Below, in pieces: positions 1-9,264 of a stretch of DNA of 64,000 bases. The translations under genes were made by a program, and so were the position numbers. Every line of letters starts with the position of its first letter. Position 1 is the stretch's first letter. Source of the stretch: Acidimicrobiales bacterium (GTDB lineage Bacteria; Actinomycetota; Acidimicrobiia; Acidimicrobiales; SZUA-35); contig JAHDDW010000001.1 of assembly GCA_020629155.1 (NCBI GenBank), positions 220,454 to 284,453 of the forward strand, given 5' to 3'. The notes beneath the pieces are model-generated. The model saw only the letters and a program-made list of their open reading frames with translations, made no database searches and was not told the origin of the DNA.

Positions 1-3000
1 CATCTGTTGGATCTTCAAAGAGCGGTTCACCAGGTTCAAATGTCGGCTGTCCAAATTCGTCAAGAACAGGATTACCATCTTCGTCTAAAATAGGGTCACC
101 TTCACCTACAAGTGGATCACCGTTTTCATCAGTTGGAGAACCAGTCGTCCCAGCATTATTCTGATAGCTACCATCAGGTGTCGTGTCGACAGCGAAATCA
201 GCTGTACAAGGAACCGTATCACCTGGTGCCAGCGGACCAGCAAGGCCTGGACACTCAGCAGAGGTCAACGTCACATCATCTGACGTATCACCAGGCGTAC
301 CAGCATCATCAACAATTGTCATATCAGTTAGATACGTACCACCAGTATTTTCAACAACGAAAGTAAAGGTAACTGTGCCGTCTTCGTTTATAGGAAGTGG
401 GTCGCCGTCAGCGGCTCCACCAGCAGTTTTAGTAATCTCAATTCCAGGAGGCACAACAACATCAGCAATATCATCATCACTAGGATTTTCAATTCCTGGG
501 TATGGATCCCCATCATCGTTAACAGGTGTACCTGTTGTACCAGCATTATTTTGATATGGACTGTTTTCAGTTGTAACGTCTAGCTCAAGTGTACAAGTCA
601 CAACATCGCCTGGTTCTAGCAACGCAAGACCTGGGCACTCAGCAGATGTTACTGTCACGTCATCTGATGTGTCACCAGGCGTACCAGCATCATCAGTAAT
701 CGTCGCATTTGCAAGATCGGTACCACCATCATTTTCGACGAGATAGGTGAATGTCACTGTTCCTTCAGGATCATTCACAAAGATTTCACCATCGGAAGCA
801 TCGCCAGCGGTTTTTGTGATCTTGATTGACGGATCAGCAACAACTGTAAGAGGAATCCCTGCTTCATCATCATGGGTATCTGTTCCTGTTTCTAAATCAT
901 CATCAGATTCTGGATCATCAGCATCGGTACCAGAGGTGTTATCACCAGGGTTCGAGTCAACATCAGAGCCATAGTCGCCAGCACCGTCATCTGAGACCTC
1001 AGCGAAGTTGCCGATAGGGTCAGTCAAAGTAGCTGCCGTTATCGTGTATTTGAGTGTTATCGATTCTGACTGGCCAGCAGCCAATTGCCCGACATCCCAC
1101 ACAGGGTTTGTAAAGGTTCCAGTTGTTGGAGAAGCTGAACCAGCAACATAGGTCAACCCGTATGGAGCGTCAGTTATCTCTACATCTGGCGCTGCGTCAG
1201 GCCCTAAGTTCTCAACGTCAATTTGAAACTCAACTTCTTGACCCAAAATGTATGGCCCAGTTGTTAGCAAGGTTTTATCAAGCTCAACGTCAAAGACGCT
1301 CAGCCTATATCCAAAGTCAACGTCTAACCGGTCTTCGACACCTGTAATGTTGCCAGTAAGCGCATCAGTTTCCTGAGCAAGTGTAAACACAGAAGAGTCG
1401 TTGTTGGCAGCCAAGCCATCGTCTAAGTCATAGGTCTGAATAGACAACGGGTTGATCACATCAATACGATAAGAACCTTGTGGCAGGTTGATAAACTCGT
1501 AGTTGCCAAATCCGTTCGTTACTGTTGTATACACAGTGAGCGTTGTGCCAGTAACAGCTTCATAGGTTGCTTTATCAGCTGCATTAATGACAGCACCAGT
1601 TGCTGGATCAACATAGAGCGGTTGGCCCGCAGAATCAAAGATCTGTAATGTTTGCCCCGCTATTGGGCCGTCAGAACCATTCACCGTTCCGTCGTCGCCA
1701 TAATCCCACCAAACAAGATCACCGACAGTTCCCCACACAGAGGTGACAGACTGATCGTTAGAAATAACATTCAGAGAGATCTCGGGAATACGACCACCAA
1801 AGGTATTGGTGAAGACGTCACCGATTGCTGGCGAGTTAGCCCAGTCAACAATTTGCACGCCATTAGCATCAGTTGTATAGACAGGTTCGCCACCAAGATT
1901 GCCAGATGGATCTAGCGTGATAGAAACAGTTTGACCTCCCGTTGTGGGCACTGTCGGCGCGCGGAACCTGATAGCAGTTATGTCTTCAGGCGCTATCGGA
2001 CATGAACTCGCTACAACAAGAGGAGACCCACTTGCTGCGCAAGCCTGCCAACCAGCACTAGCCGTACCGGTAGCACCACCGTCAGGCAACACGTTGCCGT
2101 TGTTTACATAGTCTTGATAACACAGCGAATCATAGAACGCACCGCTAACCGCAGGGTCAGAAGGCACATAGCCAGCAGGCAAGTTAGAAGCAGCACAAGG
2201 ATCTAAGTTCAGTGTGGAAGGATTCACATCGGTGACCTCAAACGTTTCACCGTTCCCAAAGCTAATCTCCTCGACATCATAGTAGCCACTGAAATTTGAA
2301 GCAGGTGTGCGTTGCGATTGCTGACCACCGATAGTCGTAGAACTATCGCCGTTAAATGGCAAGATATCTATGAACTCGCCTCCAGAATATGGAGCGCCAC
2401 CAAGGTTCTTATAGATTAGATCAAAAGTGAATGCCTCATCAACGTTAAAAACCTCTTGAGACGTTTGTTTCAACACGTCGAAACCAAACTTTGGAAGAAT
2501 AGTCAATTTGTATGATGCCTTAACATCATCACCAACACCGTCACCTGTATCGTTAACACCATCGCCATCGCTGTCAGTCACGAACCTGTTGTCAGCTGCT
2601 ATACCTCTAGCACGAAATGTGACGGTATTTGTGAAGTTGCCTGATGTAAGTGTCGAATCAACCTGGACACTATAACGAATCAACGGCATCTGCTCTCCAG
2701 CATCGATGGAGCTAAAACTCCAAGTGATAGGATCTTGCCCGCCAGGTGTTGGTGAACTAGTCAAGACAACATCGGGGCTAGAAGCAAGATACGCTGCATG
2801 ATCCATCCATGTCGCTCCGCCATCGACGCTGAACTCTTCACTGCCAGCAATATAATCGGTGCCAGGAGGCAAGTTATCGATCACATCGCCTGTCTCGCTA
2901 CCAGTCCATAAACCAAATACCGTTGGCTGGATCTCAAACTGTATAATATCGCCACCACGAACGACTTTGATACCCTCTGGCACAGTTTTCTTCCCGACAG

Positions 3001-5428
3001 AGATGCCAGAATCGACAAGAATGTTACGGTCGGCAGAGTAAAGGTTATAGCTGAATGAGACATTACCAGGATCTTGCACACTATCGGTTGCATTATCTTG
3101 CCAAGCTAGCCACGTGTTATTATCGCCGGTACTCGTACGACGAGCGTCAGCATAGTTAGGCATATACTTCTTCGTTCCATAACCAGTCGCATCAGGGCGC
3201 ACTTTTAAATCATAGATTTGCGAATATTGAATGTTTTTGTGGCCGTTGTTCCACGCATTGTATTCATCTGTTACTAGCTGATGATCATAGGTAGATTCAA
3301 ACCGGAATTTTGTGACACCAGAGGTGCCGTCAGCCGCAGCGGGAACCATCGTATAGTCTTCATACCAGTCAACAGGGTTACCGGGGGAAGACTCGACGCC
3401 AGCAGCATCGGTGATGTTGACAACGCCATCTCCATTGACATCATCTTCACATGTAGCGTTATCTAAATCAGCTAGCGAACCAGAGCCATTTGGGGAATCA
3501 GAATAGAGGGTTGTTGTCTGAGAAGCAGCATCAATATGCACAATTCTTTCGTTGCCAGTGCCACCCCAGATAACTGCTGAAGGGTTATTCTGCGGAGACT
3601 GCGCATAGGCTGAGCTTGAAGGAATGTCGTAGTACGCCCAATCTATAACTCCACCTGGATCAGCATATTTTGGCCATTTATCCCATGTCGGCACACCAAC
3701 AAACTCATATTGAGTGGTGTCAATTTTGTCACACACCTGAGATTTACCACCATCAATTAGTCGGTAATCATAGATATTTAAAAGCACTGGGAGCACTTCG
3801 TTTTTAGCTCGTAGCTGATCTGCGATCTTTGGATAGTAGGTAGTGTTATCAGATGTTCTTTGGAACGTTTTACGGTACGACCACGGACCTGGAGAACTAA
3901 CCTGCAATAAACCTTTCGTTACGTTATCGCTATTGGCGGTATTTTGATCTGGGCTTCCAATGCCGCCTGGTTCTGAACCAGTTCCGTAATTGTCTAAGTT
4001 ATTCCCAGAAGCATCCTCGGTTGACTGCGGGCTAAACTCGCCAGGGGTATTTGTACTTGTGTCTAAAGCTTGCGCTTCGTTTATGTGGAAGAACTGGCAG
4101 GAACCGCCTGAACAAGTCGGATGGTTATCGACATCAGCCTTCGGAATCCAAATCCCAATACGAATATTAAATAGTGTGCCATCACCGTTAGGGTCACGAA
4201 CATCAATGTTGTCAAGATCAATTTGCATGTTAGGGTCAGCAACACCGTCAGGAACGAATGAAGGTCCTGTCCAATCGAATGGATAGTTAGGTTGTGTACA
4301 CGTTACTGTTGCCCCTGGCCCGTTATTACCGTTGAAAGCACATGCGTTAACTGATGGATCCCAATCATAGAGAAGCGCGCCAGAAGAAAGTGGTGAATCA
4401 TTATTTGTATTATCGTCTGTGAAAATATCTAGAAGGTCATAGTCAGCGTCATATAAGAAACCATCACCGTCAGTGTCAATAAGCTCATCAGGAGAGTCAG
4501 CGATCATCGAACCAGGCTGATAGACAGCGATGAAGTCATATAAGGCTAAGTAACCAGCTTCGCCAGCAGGACCTGGCTTTGCGTCAAGTTTCGGCCAGAT
4601 AGGGTTGCCATCAGCGTCATAGGAAAAACCAACCATTTCCTTTGTAAGATTAACTCTAAAATCCCCGGTGACTAACGATTCGGCAGGCCCATCAGATGCA
4701 GGGGCAGACGTGCCGTTGTTGCCTGTTGCGGCAGAGTTTGAAATACCAGTCGCTGTAACGCTAGCGCCAACAATAGAGTCATTCAACGTGGCTTTGGTGC
4801 CATCAGTTGAAGCGCCGATAACTTTCGCCGCTGGGAAGAAAACTTTATTTGTGCCTTCACGGGCAAACCCGAGATTGCAAAATAATGTTTCGTTATAGCC
4901 GTCGCCATCTAAATCTTGCAGGGCAGAAATAGGTGTGACAATCAGCGGGTCAATTTCACAGCCAGAAGGAATTTCTATCCATTCCTGATGTATTGTTCCT
5001 GTAGCACTTGGAAGCTGCGTTGCCTGATCGTATGGATCAAGCGTCACTGTCGCTGTTAAAAAGTCAACATCGCTATCGTTATTTGACACTTCGACCTTGT
5101 AGGTGTTAGAGTCGCCGATTCTAACGACATCGTTATCTGAACACGTATCTTGACCAGCGAAACCTGGACCATTATCGCCGTCGATAACGACACTGCCATC
5201 GCTGAACGTTCGACCGCTATCAAAGGTGTTTCCTCCTAAGCAGTCATCTGTCTGGTCGCCTGTGTTAAAAGGCTCAGAACCCGTTTTTTCAAGTTCAATA
5301 GTTACCTCGGTGACCGGAACCGCAGCTACCGCTGGAGCAGGGAAAGTAAAGGTTGTCAACAGCACAACCATCGTTGCGAGTATCGCAAACAGGGGTTGGA
5401 CGGGTTTTGAATCGAACCAGGCAAACAT
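1..5428 (-). CDS. Giant secreted surface/adhesin-like protein, N-terminal >=1809 codons only (C-terminus beyond window start)
   Basis: Absent from the ORF track because there is no stop inside the window. The minus frame is open from ATG at 5428 (GAGGAG a few nt upstream) to position 2; several stretches were spot-checked for in-frame stops. N-terminus MFAWFDSKPVQPLFAILATMVVLLTTFTFPAPAVA looks like a signal peptide. Other motifs: DSDGDGVNDTGD-type Ca-binding motifs (~2540-2580), an SdrD-B/Cna-B-like GDLVWWDYGDDGTVNG segment (~1620-1730), a DUF11-like segment (~1130-1330), and tandem ~128-aa domains (nt period 384, position 246 vs 630). Confidence 0.85.
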   Translation of the reverse strand, partial: MFAWFDSKPVQPLFAILATMVVLLTTFTFPAPAVAAVPVTEVTIELEKTGSEPFNTGDQTDDCLGGNTFDSGRTFSDGSVVIDGDNGPGFAGQDTCSDNDVVRIGDSNTYKVEVSNNDSDVDFLTATVTLDPYDQATQLPSATGTIHQEWIEIPSGCEIDPLIVTPISALQDLDGDGYNETLFCNLGFAREGTNKVFFPAAKVIGASTDGTKATLNDSIVGASVTATGISNSAATGNNGTSAPASDGPAESLVTGDFRVNLTKEMVGFSYDADGNPIWPKLDAKPGPAGEAGYLALYDFIAVYQPGSMIADSPDELIDTDGDGFLYDADYDLLDIFTDDNTNNDSPLSSGALLYDWDPSVNACAFNGNNGPGATVTCTQPNYPFDWTGPSFVPDGVADPNMQIDLDNIDVRDPNGDGTLFNIRIGIWIPKADVDNHPTCSGGSCQFFHINEAQALDTSTNTPGEFSPQSTEDASGNNLDNYGTGSEPGGIGSPDQNTANSDNVTKGLLQVSSPGPWSYRKTFQRTSDNTTYYPKIADQLRAKNEVLPVLLNIYDYRLIDGGKSQVCDKIDTTQYEFVGVPTWDKWPKYADPGGVIDWAYYDIPSSSAYAQSPQNNPSAVIWGGTGNERIVHIDAASQTTTLYSDSPNGSGSLADLDNATCEDDVNGDGVVNITDAAGVESSPGNPVDWYEDYTMVPAAADGTSGVTKFRFESTYDHQLVTDEYNAWNNGHKNIQYSQIYDLKVRPDATGYGTKKYMPNYADARRTSTGDNNTWLAWQDNATDSVQDPGNVSFSYNLYSADRNILVDSGISVGKKTVPEGIKVVRGGDIIQFEIQPTVFGLWTGSETGDVIDNLPPGTDYIAGSEEFSVDGGATWMDHAAYLASSPDVVLTSSPTPGGQDPITWSFSSIDAGEQMPLIRYSVQVDSTLTSGNFTNTVTFRARGIAADNRFVTDSDGDGVNDTGDGVGDDVKASYKLTILPKFGFDVLKQTSQEVFNVDEAFTFDLIYKNLGGAPYSGGEFIDILPFNGDSSTTIGGQQSQRTPASNFSGYYDVEEISFGNGETFEVTDVNPSTLNLDPCAASNLPAGYVPSDPAVSGAFYDSLCYQDYVNNGNVLPDGGATGTASAGWQACAASGSPLVVASSCPIAPEDITAIRFRAPTVPTTGGQTVSITLDPSGNLGGEPVYTTDANGVQIVDWANSPAIGDVFTNTFGGRIPEISLNVISNDQSVTSVWGTVGDLVWWDYGDDGTVNGSDGPIAGQTLQIFDSAGQPLYVDPATGAVINAADKATYEAVTGTTLTVYTTVTNGFGNYEFINLPQGSYRIDVINPLSIQTYDLDDGLAANNDSSVFTLAQETDALTGNITGVEDRLDVDFGYRLSVFDVELDKTLLTTGPYILGQEVEFQIDVENLGPDAAPDVEITDAPYGLTYVAGSASPTTGTFTNPVWDVGQLAAGQSESITLKYTITAATLTDPIGNFAEVSDDGAGDYGSDVDSNPGDNTSGTDADDPESDDDLETGTDTHDDEAGIPLTVVADPSIKITKTAGDASDGEIFVNDPEGTVTFTYLVENDGGTDLANATITDDAGTPGDTSDDVTVTSAECPGLALLEPGDVVTCTLELDVTTENSPYQNNAGTTGTPVNDDGDPYPGIENPSDDDIADVVVPPGIEITKTAGGAADGDPLPINEDGTVTFTFVVENTGGTYLTDMTIVDDAGTPGDTSDDVTLTSAECPGLAGPLAPGDTVPCTADFAVDTTPDGSYQNNAGTTGSPTDENGDPLVGEGDPILDEDGNPVLDEFGQPTFEPGEPLFEDPTD

Positions 5429-5560
5429 ATCGCTCCTCGTCCACACCCTCAGAATGGAACACATAGAATTGTTTTGTGCCACCCCTGTCGGACCGAGCTG
5501 GTGCTTTGTGAGGGCTTATCATAAATTGCACTTCCCACGAGAAACCAGAGATACCCTAGT

Positions 5561-5680
5561 GGGTATGTCTATTTTTTGCTTTTCTGCTGAACCGCTTTAC
5601 CCCAAAACCGCTAAAAGCTGCGTGCTAGCGCCCCGAGCGGAGCGGTAATACCGAGGGAATGTATAATTACTAGACATTCC
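5561..5680 (+). repeat. R1 intergenic repeat, copy a (full length, MITE/REP-like)
   Basis: Aligns over ~120 bp with copies at 7634, 11696 and 18073. Core is CCGCTAAAAGCTGCGTG...GAGCGGAGCGG. Terminal hairpin GGGAATGT/ACATTCC lies at 5655-5680. The 5' end GGGTATGTCTA is complementary to the 3' end TAGACATTCC. Confidence 0.85.
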
Positions 5681-5711
5681 TGGTATGAGGCGAAGATGAT
5701 GAAAGTTTGCT

Positions 5712-6491
5712 GTGGCTGAAGGTGATACGCTAAAACGCGCTGAGTTGCGGCTCAAACCCATTTTGCTTAACCAAAAAGTTCTTTCTCTATGGTTTAAAAG
5801 ACTAAAAGGTTACAGACCGAGAACGGGACAAACTATAACGAACGTTGAAGCAGTCGGGAAAAACTTACTTCTAGAGTTTGACCAAAAAATCACTTTGCGG
5901 TCGCATCTAGGCATGTACGGTTCGTGGAAAGCATTTCCCGAAAAAACTCTAGAGATCAGAAGCGTTATGTATAAACCAAAAACTTCAGCGGTTTTGGTTA
6001 CATCAGCAGGTTCTGTGGTCTGTTCAATGCCTCAGATTTTAGAGACATTTCCTACTGCAAGCCGTCCTCAGGCACTTGCAAGATTAGGGCCAGATTTAAC
6101 GAGCGACACTATCGACTTTCACGCTGTAACAGCAGCTGCTTTAGCAAAGCCTCAGGTGATGCTCTGCGAACTGCTGCTTGATCAACACGTCGCTTGCGGC
6201 GTTGGCAATATCTATAAATCTGAAGCCTTATTTCTTTCCACGTTACACCCTTTCCAACTTGTTAAAGAAACAAGTGAGCAGCAGCTGCACGATTTATTCA
6301 TGAAAGCTTCGGCGATGTTACGTAAGAATTCCCTTTCAGGAAACCAGACAAGAAAAACGTCGCCCGTAGGCCAATACTATGTGTATGAACGCTATAGATT
6401 GCCTTGCCGCAGGTGTTCCACGCCAATCAAACGCAGCTATCGAGGCGAATACAAAAGAAGTACCTACTGGTGTCCTCAATGTCAGAAGTAA
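5712..6491 (+). CDS. nei: Fpg/Nei-family DNA glycosylase (endonuclease VIII-like) with Ala2 instead of Pro2
   Basis: GTG start with an in-frame TGA 12 nt upstream. N-terminus is M-AEGDT (family consensus MPEGDT). Has the GK(N)LLLEF motif, an H2TH-like region (GPDL) and a C-terminal zinc finger CRRC...CPQC. Confidence 0.8.
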   Translation: MAEGDTLKRAELRLKPILLNQKVLSLWFKRLKGYRPRTGQTITNVEAVGKNLLLEFDQKITLRSHLGMYGSWKAFPEKTLEIRSVMYKPKTSAVLVTSAGSVVCSMPQILETFPTASRPQALARLGPDLTSDTIDFHAVTAAALAKPQVMLCELLLDQHVACGVGNIYKSEALFLSTLHPFQLVKETSEQQLHDLFMKASAMLRKNSLSGNQTRKTSPVGQYYVYERYRLPCRRCSTPIKRSYRGEYKRSTYWCPQCQK

Positions 6492-6509
6492 CAACCACTA
6501 GCTTTCGCC

Positions 6510-7181
6510 TCAAATTGTAAAGTCTGAAGAATCTATCTCCTTTTTCCCTGCTTCGATAGCGTCACCTATCACTTTGGCTACAAACTGCGGATTCAAACCT
6601 TTAGGGAAGGCAGGTGCTGTGCCTTCGACTGGGCGTGTAGCGAGGCCTGTTTCAGTATGAGGAGGTCTCGCATCGATTACGGTGATTGCTTTACGTCTCG
6701 CTTCTCTAGCAAAACCTTGAACAAAGGACGCAGCCGCTGCTTTCGAAGCCCCATAGGTTGCCATACCTGGAAAGTTCTTTTCGGCTACAACACCAGAAAT
6801 ATTTACAAGCAAACTGTTTTCTTCTAGCGACGGCAGCGCCGATTTGAAAAGCAGTATCGGGATAAACACATTCGTCAAAAAAAGTTCTTCCATAGCATCA
6901 CTCGATAGATTTTCGACTTCGCCAAATGCGACAACGCCAACACAGTTAATCACCGCATCTAAACGACCAAGCTTGTTCTTTGCCCAATCGATCGCGTTGA
7001 CACAAGCTTCTTCCGAGCGAAGATCTATCATCAAATTAGAATCGCCTAGGTCGACCGCTCTTGAGGATGTCACAATGCTAGCGCCACGATCTCGAAGATC
7101 ATGCACAAGAGCAGTGCCTATGCCGCCTGAACCTCCAGTAACTAAAATATTCTTTTGATCGAATTGATAGTGTTTACTCAT
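6510..7181 (-). CDS. Short-chain dehydrogenase/reductase (SDR)
   Basis: TGGSGGIG NAD(P)-binding motif near the N-terminus, YGASK catalytic motif, ~223 aa. Confidence 0.85.
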   Translation of the reverse strand: MSKHYQFDQKNILVTGGSGGIGTALVHDLRDRGASIVTSSRAVDLGDSNLMIDLRSEEACVNAIDWAKNKLGRLDAVINCVGVVAFGEVENLSSDAMEELFLTNVFIPILLFKSALPSLEENSLLVNISGVVAEKNFPGMATYGASKAAAASFVQGFAREARRKAITVIDARPPHTETGLATRPVEGTAPAFPKGLNPQFVAKVIGDAIEAGKKEIDSSDFTI

Positions 7182-7614
7182 GGGAGTAACTCTAATCGCT
7201 CATTTCCTAGCTACTGCTTTAATGACAGGGATTATTTGGTTTGTGCAGCTAGTTCACTACCCACTTTTTTCACAAGTTGGTTCCGAAAAATTTGTGGCGT
7301 ATGAGAATGCCCATACCAAGCTGACCGCTATCACTGTAGGGCCGCCCATGCTGGTTGAAGGGCTAACCGCTTTAGCGCTTACGCCACTCCTTTTCCCTGA
7401 TTTACACTGGGCATTTTCGATAGCCAACCTGCTTCTTTTAGCTGCGACCCATGCAAGTACCGTTTTGCTTCAAGTGCCGCTGCACTCTTTGCTATCTAAA
7501 AAATATGATGAGAACAACATCAAAAGGCTTGTCATCACAAATAGTATCCGAACAGGGCTCTGGTCAGCGCGTTCGCTACTAATCGCAGCCGTTATCATCC
7601 AACAACTACCGTAA
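7180..7614 (+). CDS. Small polytopic membrane protein (possibly DUF1772/anthrone-oxygenase-like)
   Basis: 144 aa with about 4 hydrophobic helices. Family assignment is from memory only. Its ATG overlaps the divergent SDR start codon, so the true start may lie downstream. Confidence 0.5.
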   Translation: MGVTLIAHFLATALMTGIIWFVQLVHYPLFSQVGSEKFVAYENAHTKLTAITVGPPMLVEGLTALALTPLLFPDLHWAFSIANLLLLAATHASTVLLQVPLHSLLSKKYDENNIKRLVITNSIRTGLWSARSLLIAAVIIQQLP

Positions 7615-7633
7615 GGAACTATGAGCTCATCTA

Positions 7634-7754
7634 GGCTATCTCTATTTATTCTTTTTGTATCGAATCGTTTTACCAGAGAACCGCTAAAATCTGCGTGAAA
7701 ACGCCCCAAGCGGAGCGGAAATATCGAGGGCATCTACAATACTTAGAGATGCCC
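7634..7754 (+). repeat. R1 intergenic repeat, copy b (full length)
   Basis: GGCTATCTCTATTT...CCGCTAAAATCTGCGTG-GAAA hairpin-AAGCGGAGCGGAAATATCGAGG, followed by terminal hairpin GGGCATCT/AGATGCCC (7728-7754). Confidence 0.85.
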
Positions 7755-9194
7755 TTTATTATCTTGCCAAACCAGCTGTTCAAGAGCACAGTAGACCTTG
7801 CTTCGAGGTACAGCAAAATAGTTCTTCTAGAGGAACCTATTTTCTTTCAAGATTGGAAATACCCAGTTACCTTTCATAAGCAAAAGCTTATTCTCCATCG
7901 AGCTTCTATGAAAGCACATGAGGATTACCTTCAACAAGCTGGCGTAGCAACTGAATATATCGAGTACGCAGACGCTAAAAACTACGTTGATTCTTCTTCG
8001 AACGTGACAATGTATGACCCTGTTGATTACGAGCTGCAAAAGCGTTTCGCTACAGCAACGTGTATTGAAACGCCATTGTTCATCAATTCTGCAGAAGAAA
8101 ATAATCGTTATAGGCAATCGAAAAAACGTTGGCATATGGCTGATTTTTACAAGCATCAGCGGCGGCGCTTCGATATCTTGATGGACGGAGACACACCTGT
8201 TGGCCGAAGCTGGAGTTTTGATAAAGAGAACCGAAAGAAAATCCCTAAAAACAAGCTAAACGATATACCAGATCGCGAATTTCCAGAAGAATCAACCTAC
8301 GTCACAGAGGCAAGAGTCTACGTTAACAAGAACTTTCCTGACGCACTCGGAAGCGACACGCCGTTTCTCTACCCTGTCACCTTTGACCAAGCAAGTCGTT
8401 GGCTAGACCACTTTATAGAAAATTGCCTGGAACGTTTCGGGCCGTATGAAGACGCTCTTGTGCCGCAACAAAGCTGGCTTTATCACAGTGTTTTAACACC
8501 AATGCTAAACATCGGTTTGCTAGAGCCAACGCAACTAGTCGACCGTGTTATAGAAAAACATAACGCCGGAGATATTCCGTTGAACAGCACCGAAGGTTTT
8601 ATCCGTCAAGTTATCGGATGGCGCGAGTTTATGCGAGCAACCTACCAAGACCTCGGCGTGACCATGAGAACGTCAAACTTCTGGAATCATACGACGAAAA
8701 TCCCTCAAACTTTTTGGAATGCCGACACTGGCATAACACCGATCGATGACGTAATAAAAAGAGTTCTTGCCACAGGCTACTGCCACCATATCGAACGGTT
8801 GATGGTGCTCGGCGGCTTCATGTTTTTATGCGAATTTGACCCCAAAGAAATATATAAATGGTTTATGGAAATGTTTGTCGACTCCTATGACTGGGTGATG
8901 GTTCCAAATGTCTATGCAATGAGCCAACACGCCGACGGCGGGCTGATCACCACAAAACCATATTTTTCGGGATCTGCCTATCTAAAAAAGATGGGCTACA
9001 GCGACACTGGCGAATGGTGCCAACTTTGGGATGCACTGTATTGGCGGTGGATACTCAAACACTCAGACGAGCTAAGGAAAAACCCTCGATGGGCAATGAT
9101 GTGCAGCATGGCAGACCGTATGGAAGAAACCAAAAAAGCAAACCACTTGCGCCTAGCTGCTGAGTTTCTTAGAAAACTTGAAGGGCATCCCTGA
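7749..9194 (+). CDS. Cryptochrome/photolyase-family protein (COG3046-type, deoxyribodipyrimidine photolyase-related / FeS-BCP-like)
   Basis: N-terminus MPFIILPNQLF fits the family N-terminus. Conserved HHIERLM, WREFMR and DSYDWVMVPNV motifs are present. The ORF-track start at 7695 (GTG) lies inside the R1 core, so ATG 7749 is preferred. Confidence 0.8.
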   Translation: MPFIILPNQLFKSTVDLASRYSKIVLLEEPIFFQDWKYPVTFHKQKLILHRASMKAHEDYLQQAGVATEYIEYADAKNYVDSSSNVTMYDPVDYELQKRFATATCIETPLFINSAEENNRYRQSKKRWHMADFYKHQRRRFDILMDGDTPVGRSWSFDKENRKKIPKNKLNDIPDREFPEESTYVTEARVYVNKNFPDALGSDTPFLYPVTFDQASRWLDHFIENCLERFGPYEDALVPQQSWLYHSVLTPMLNIGLLEPTQLVDRVIEKHNAGDIPLNSTEGFIRQVIGWREFMRATYQDLGVTMRTSNFWNHTTKIPQTFWNADTGITPIDDVIKRVLATGYCHHIERLMVLGGFMFLCEFDPKEIYKWFMEMFVDSYDWVMVPNVYAMSQHADGGLITTKPYFSGSAYLKKMGYSDTGEWCQLWDALYWRWILKHSDELRKNPRWAMMCSMADRMEETKKANHLRLAAEFLRKLEGHP

Positions 9195-9200
9195 ATCCAA

Positions 9201-9264
9201 GCATCTCTAAAAATTGTAGATGCCATGGGTATTTCCGCTGCGCTTGTCGCGGTAGCACGCAGCT
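9201..9264 (-). repeat. R1 intergenic repeat, copy c (right half only, reverse orientation)
   Basis: Reverse complement reads AGCTGCGTG...AAGCGCAGCGGAAATAC..GGCATCT-loop-AGATGC. It abuts the stop of the VWA gene. Confidence 0.75.

Noticed and set aside
112-5648. About a dozen 60-140-aa plus-strand ORFs (and two short minus-strand ones) listed in the ORF track across the first 5.6 kb
   Set aside because: All lie antisense to or out of frame with the single long minus-strand reading frame 5428->2, which has a signal peptide and recognisable adhesin-type domains. Their translations are low-complexity shadows (S/T/P/V-rich) with no starts backed by an RBS.
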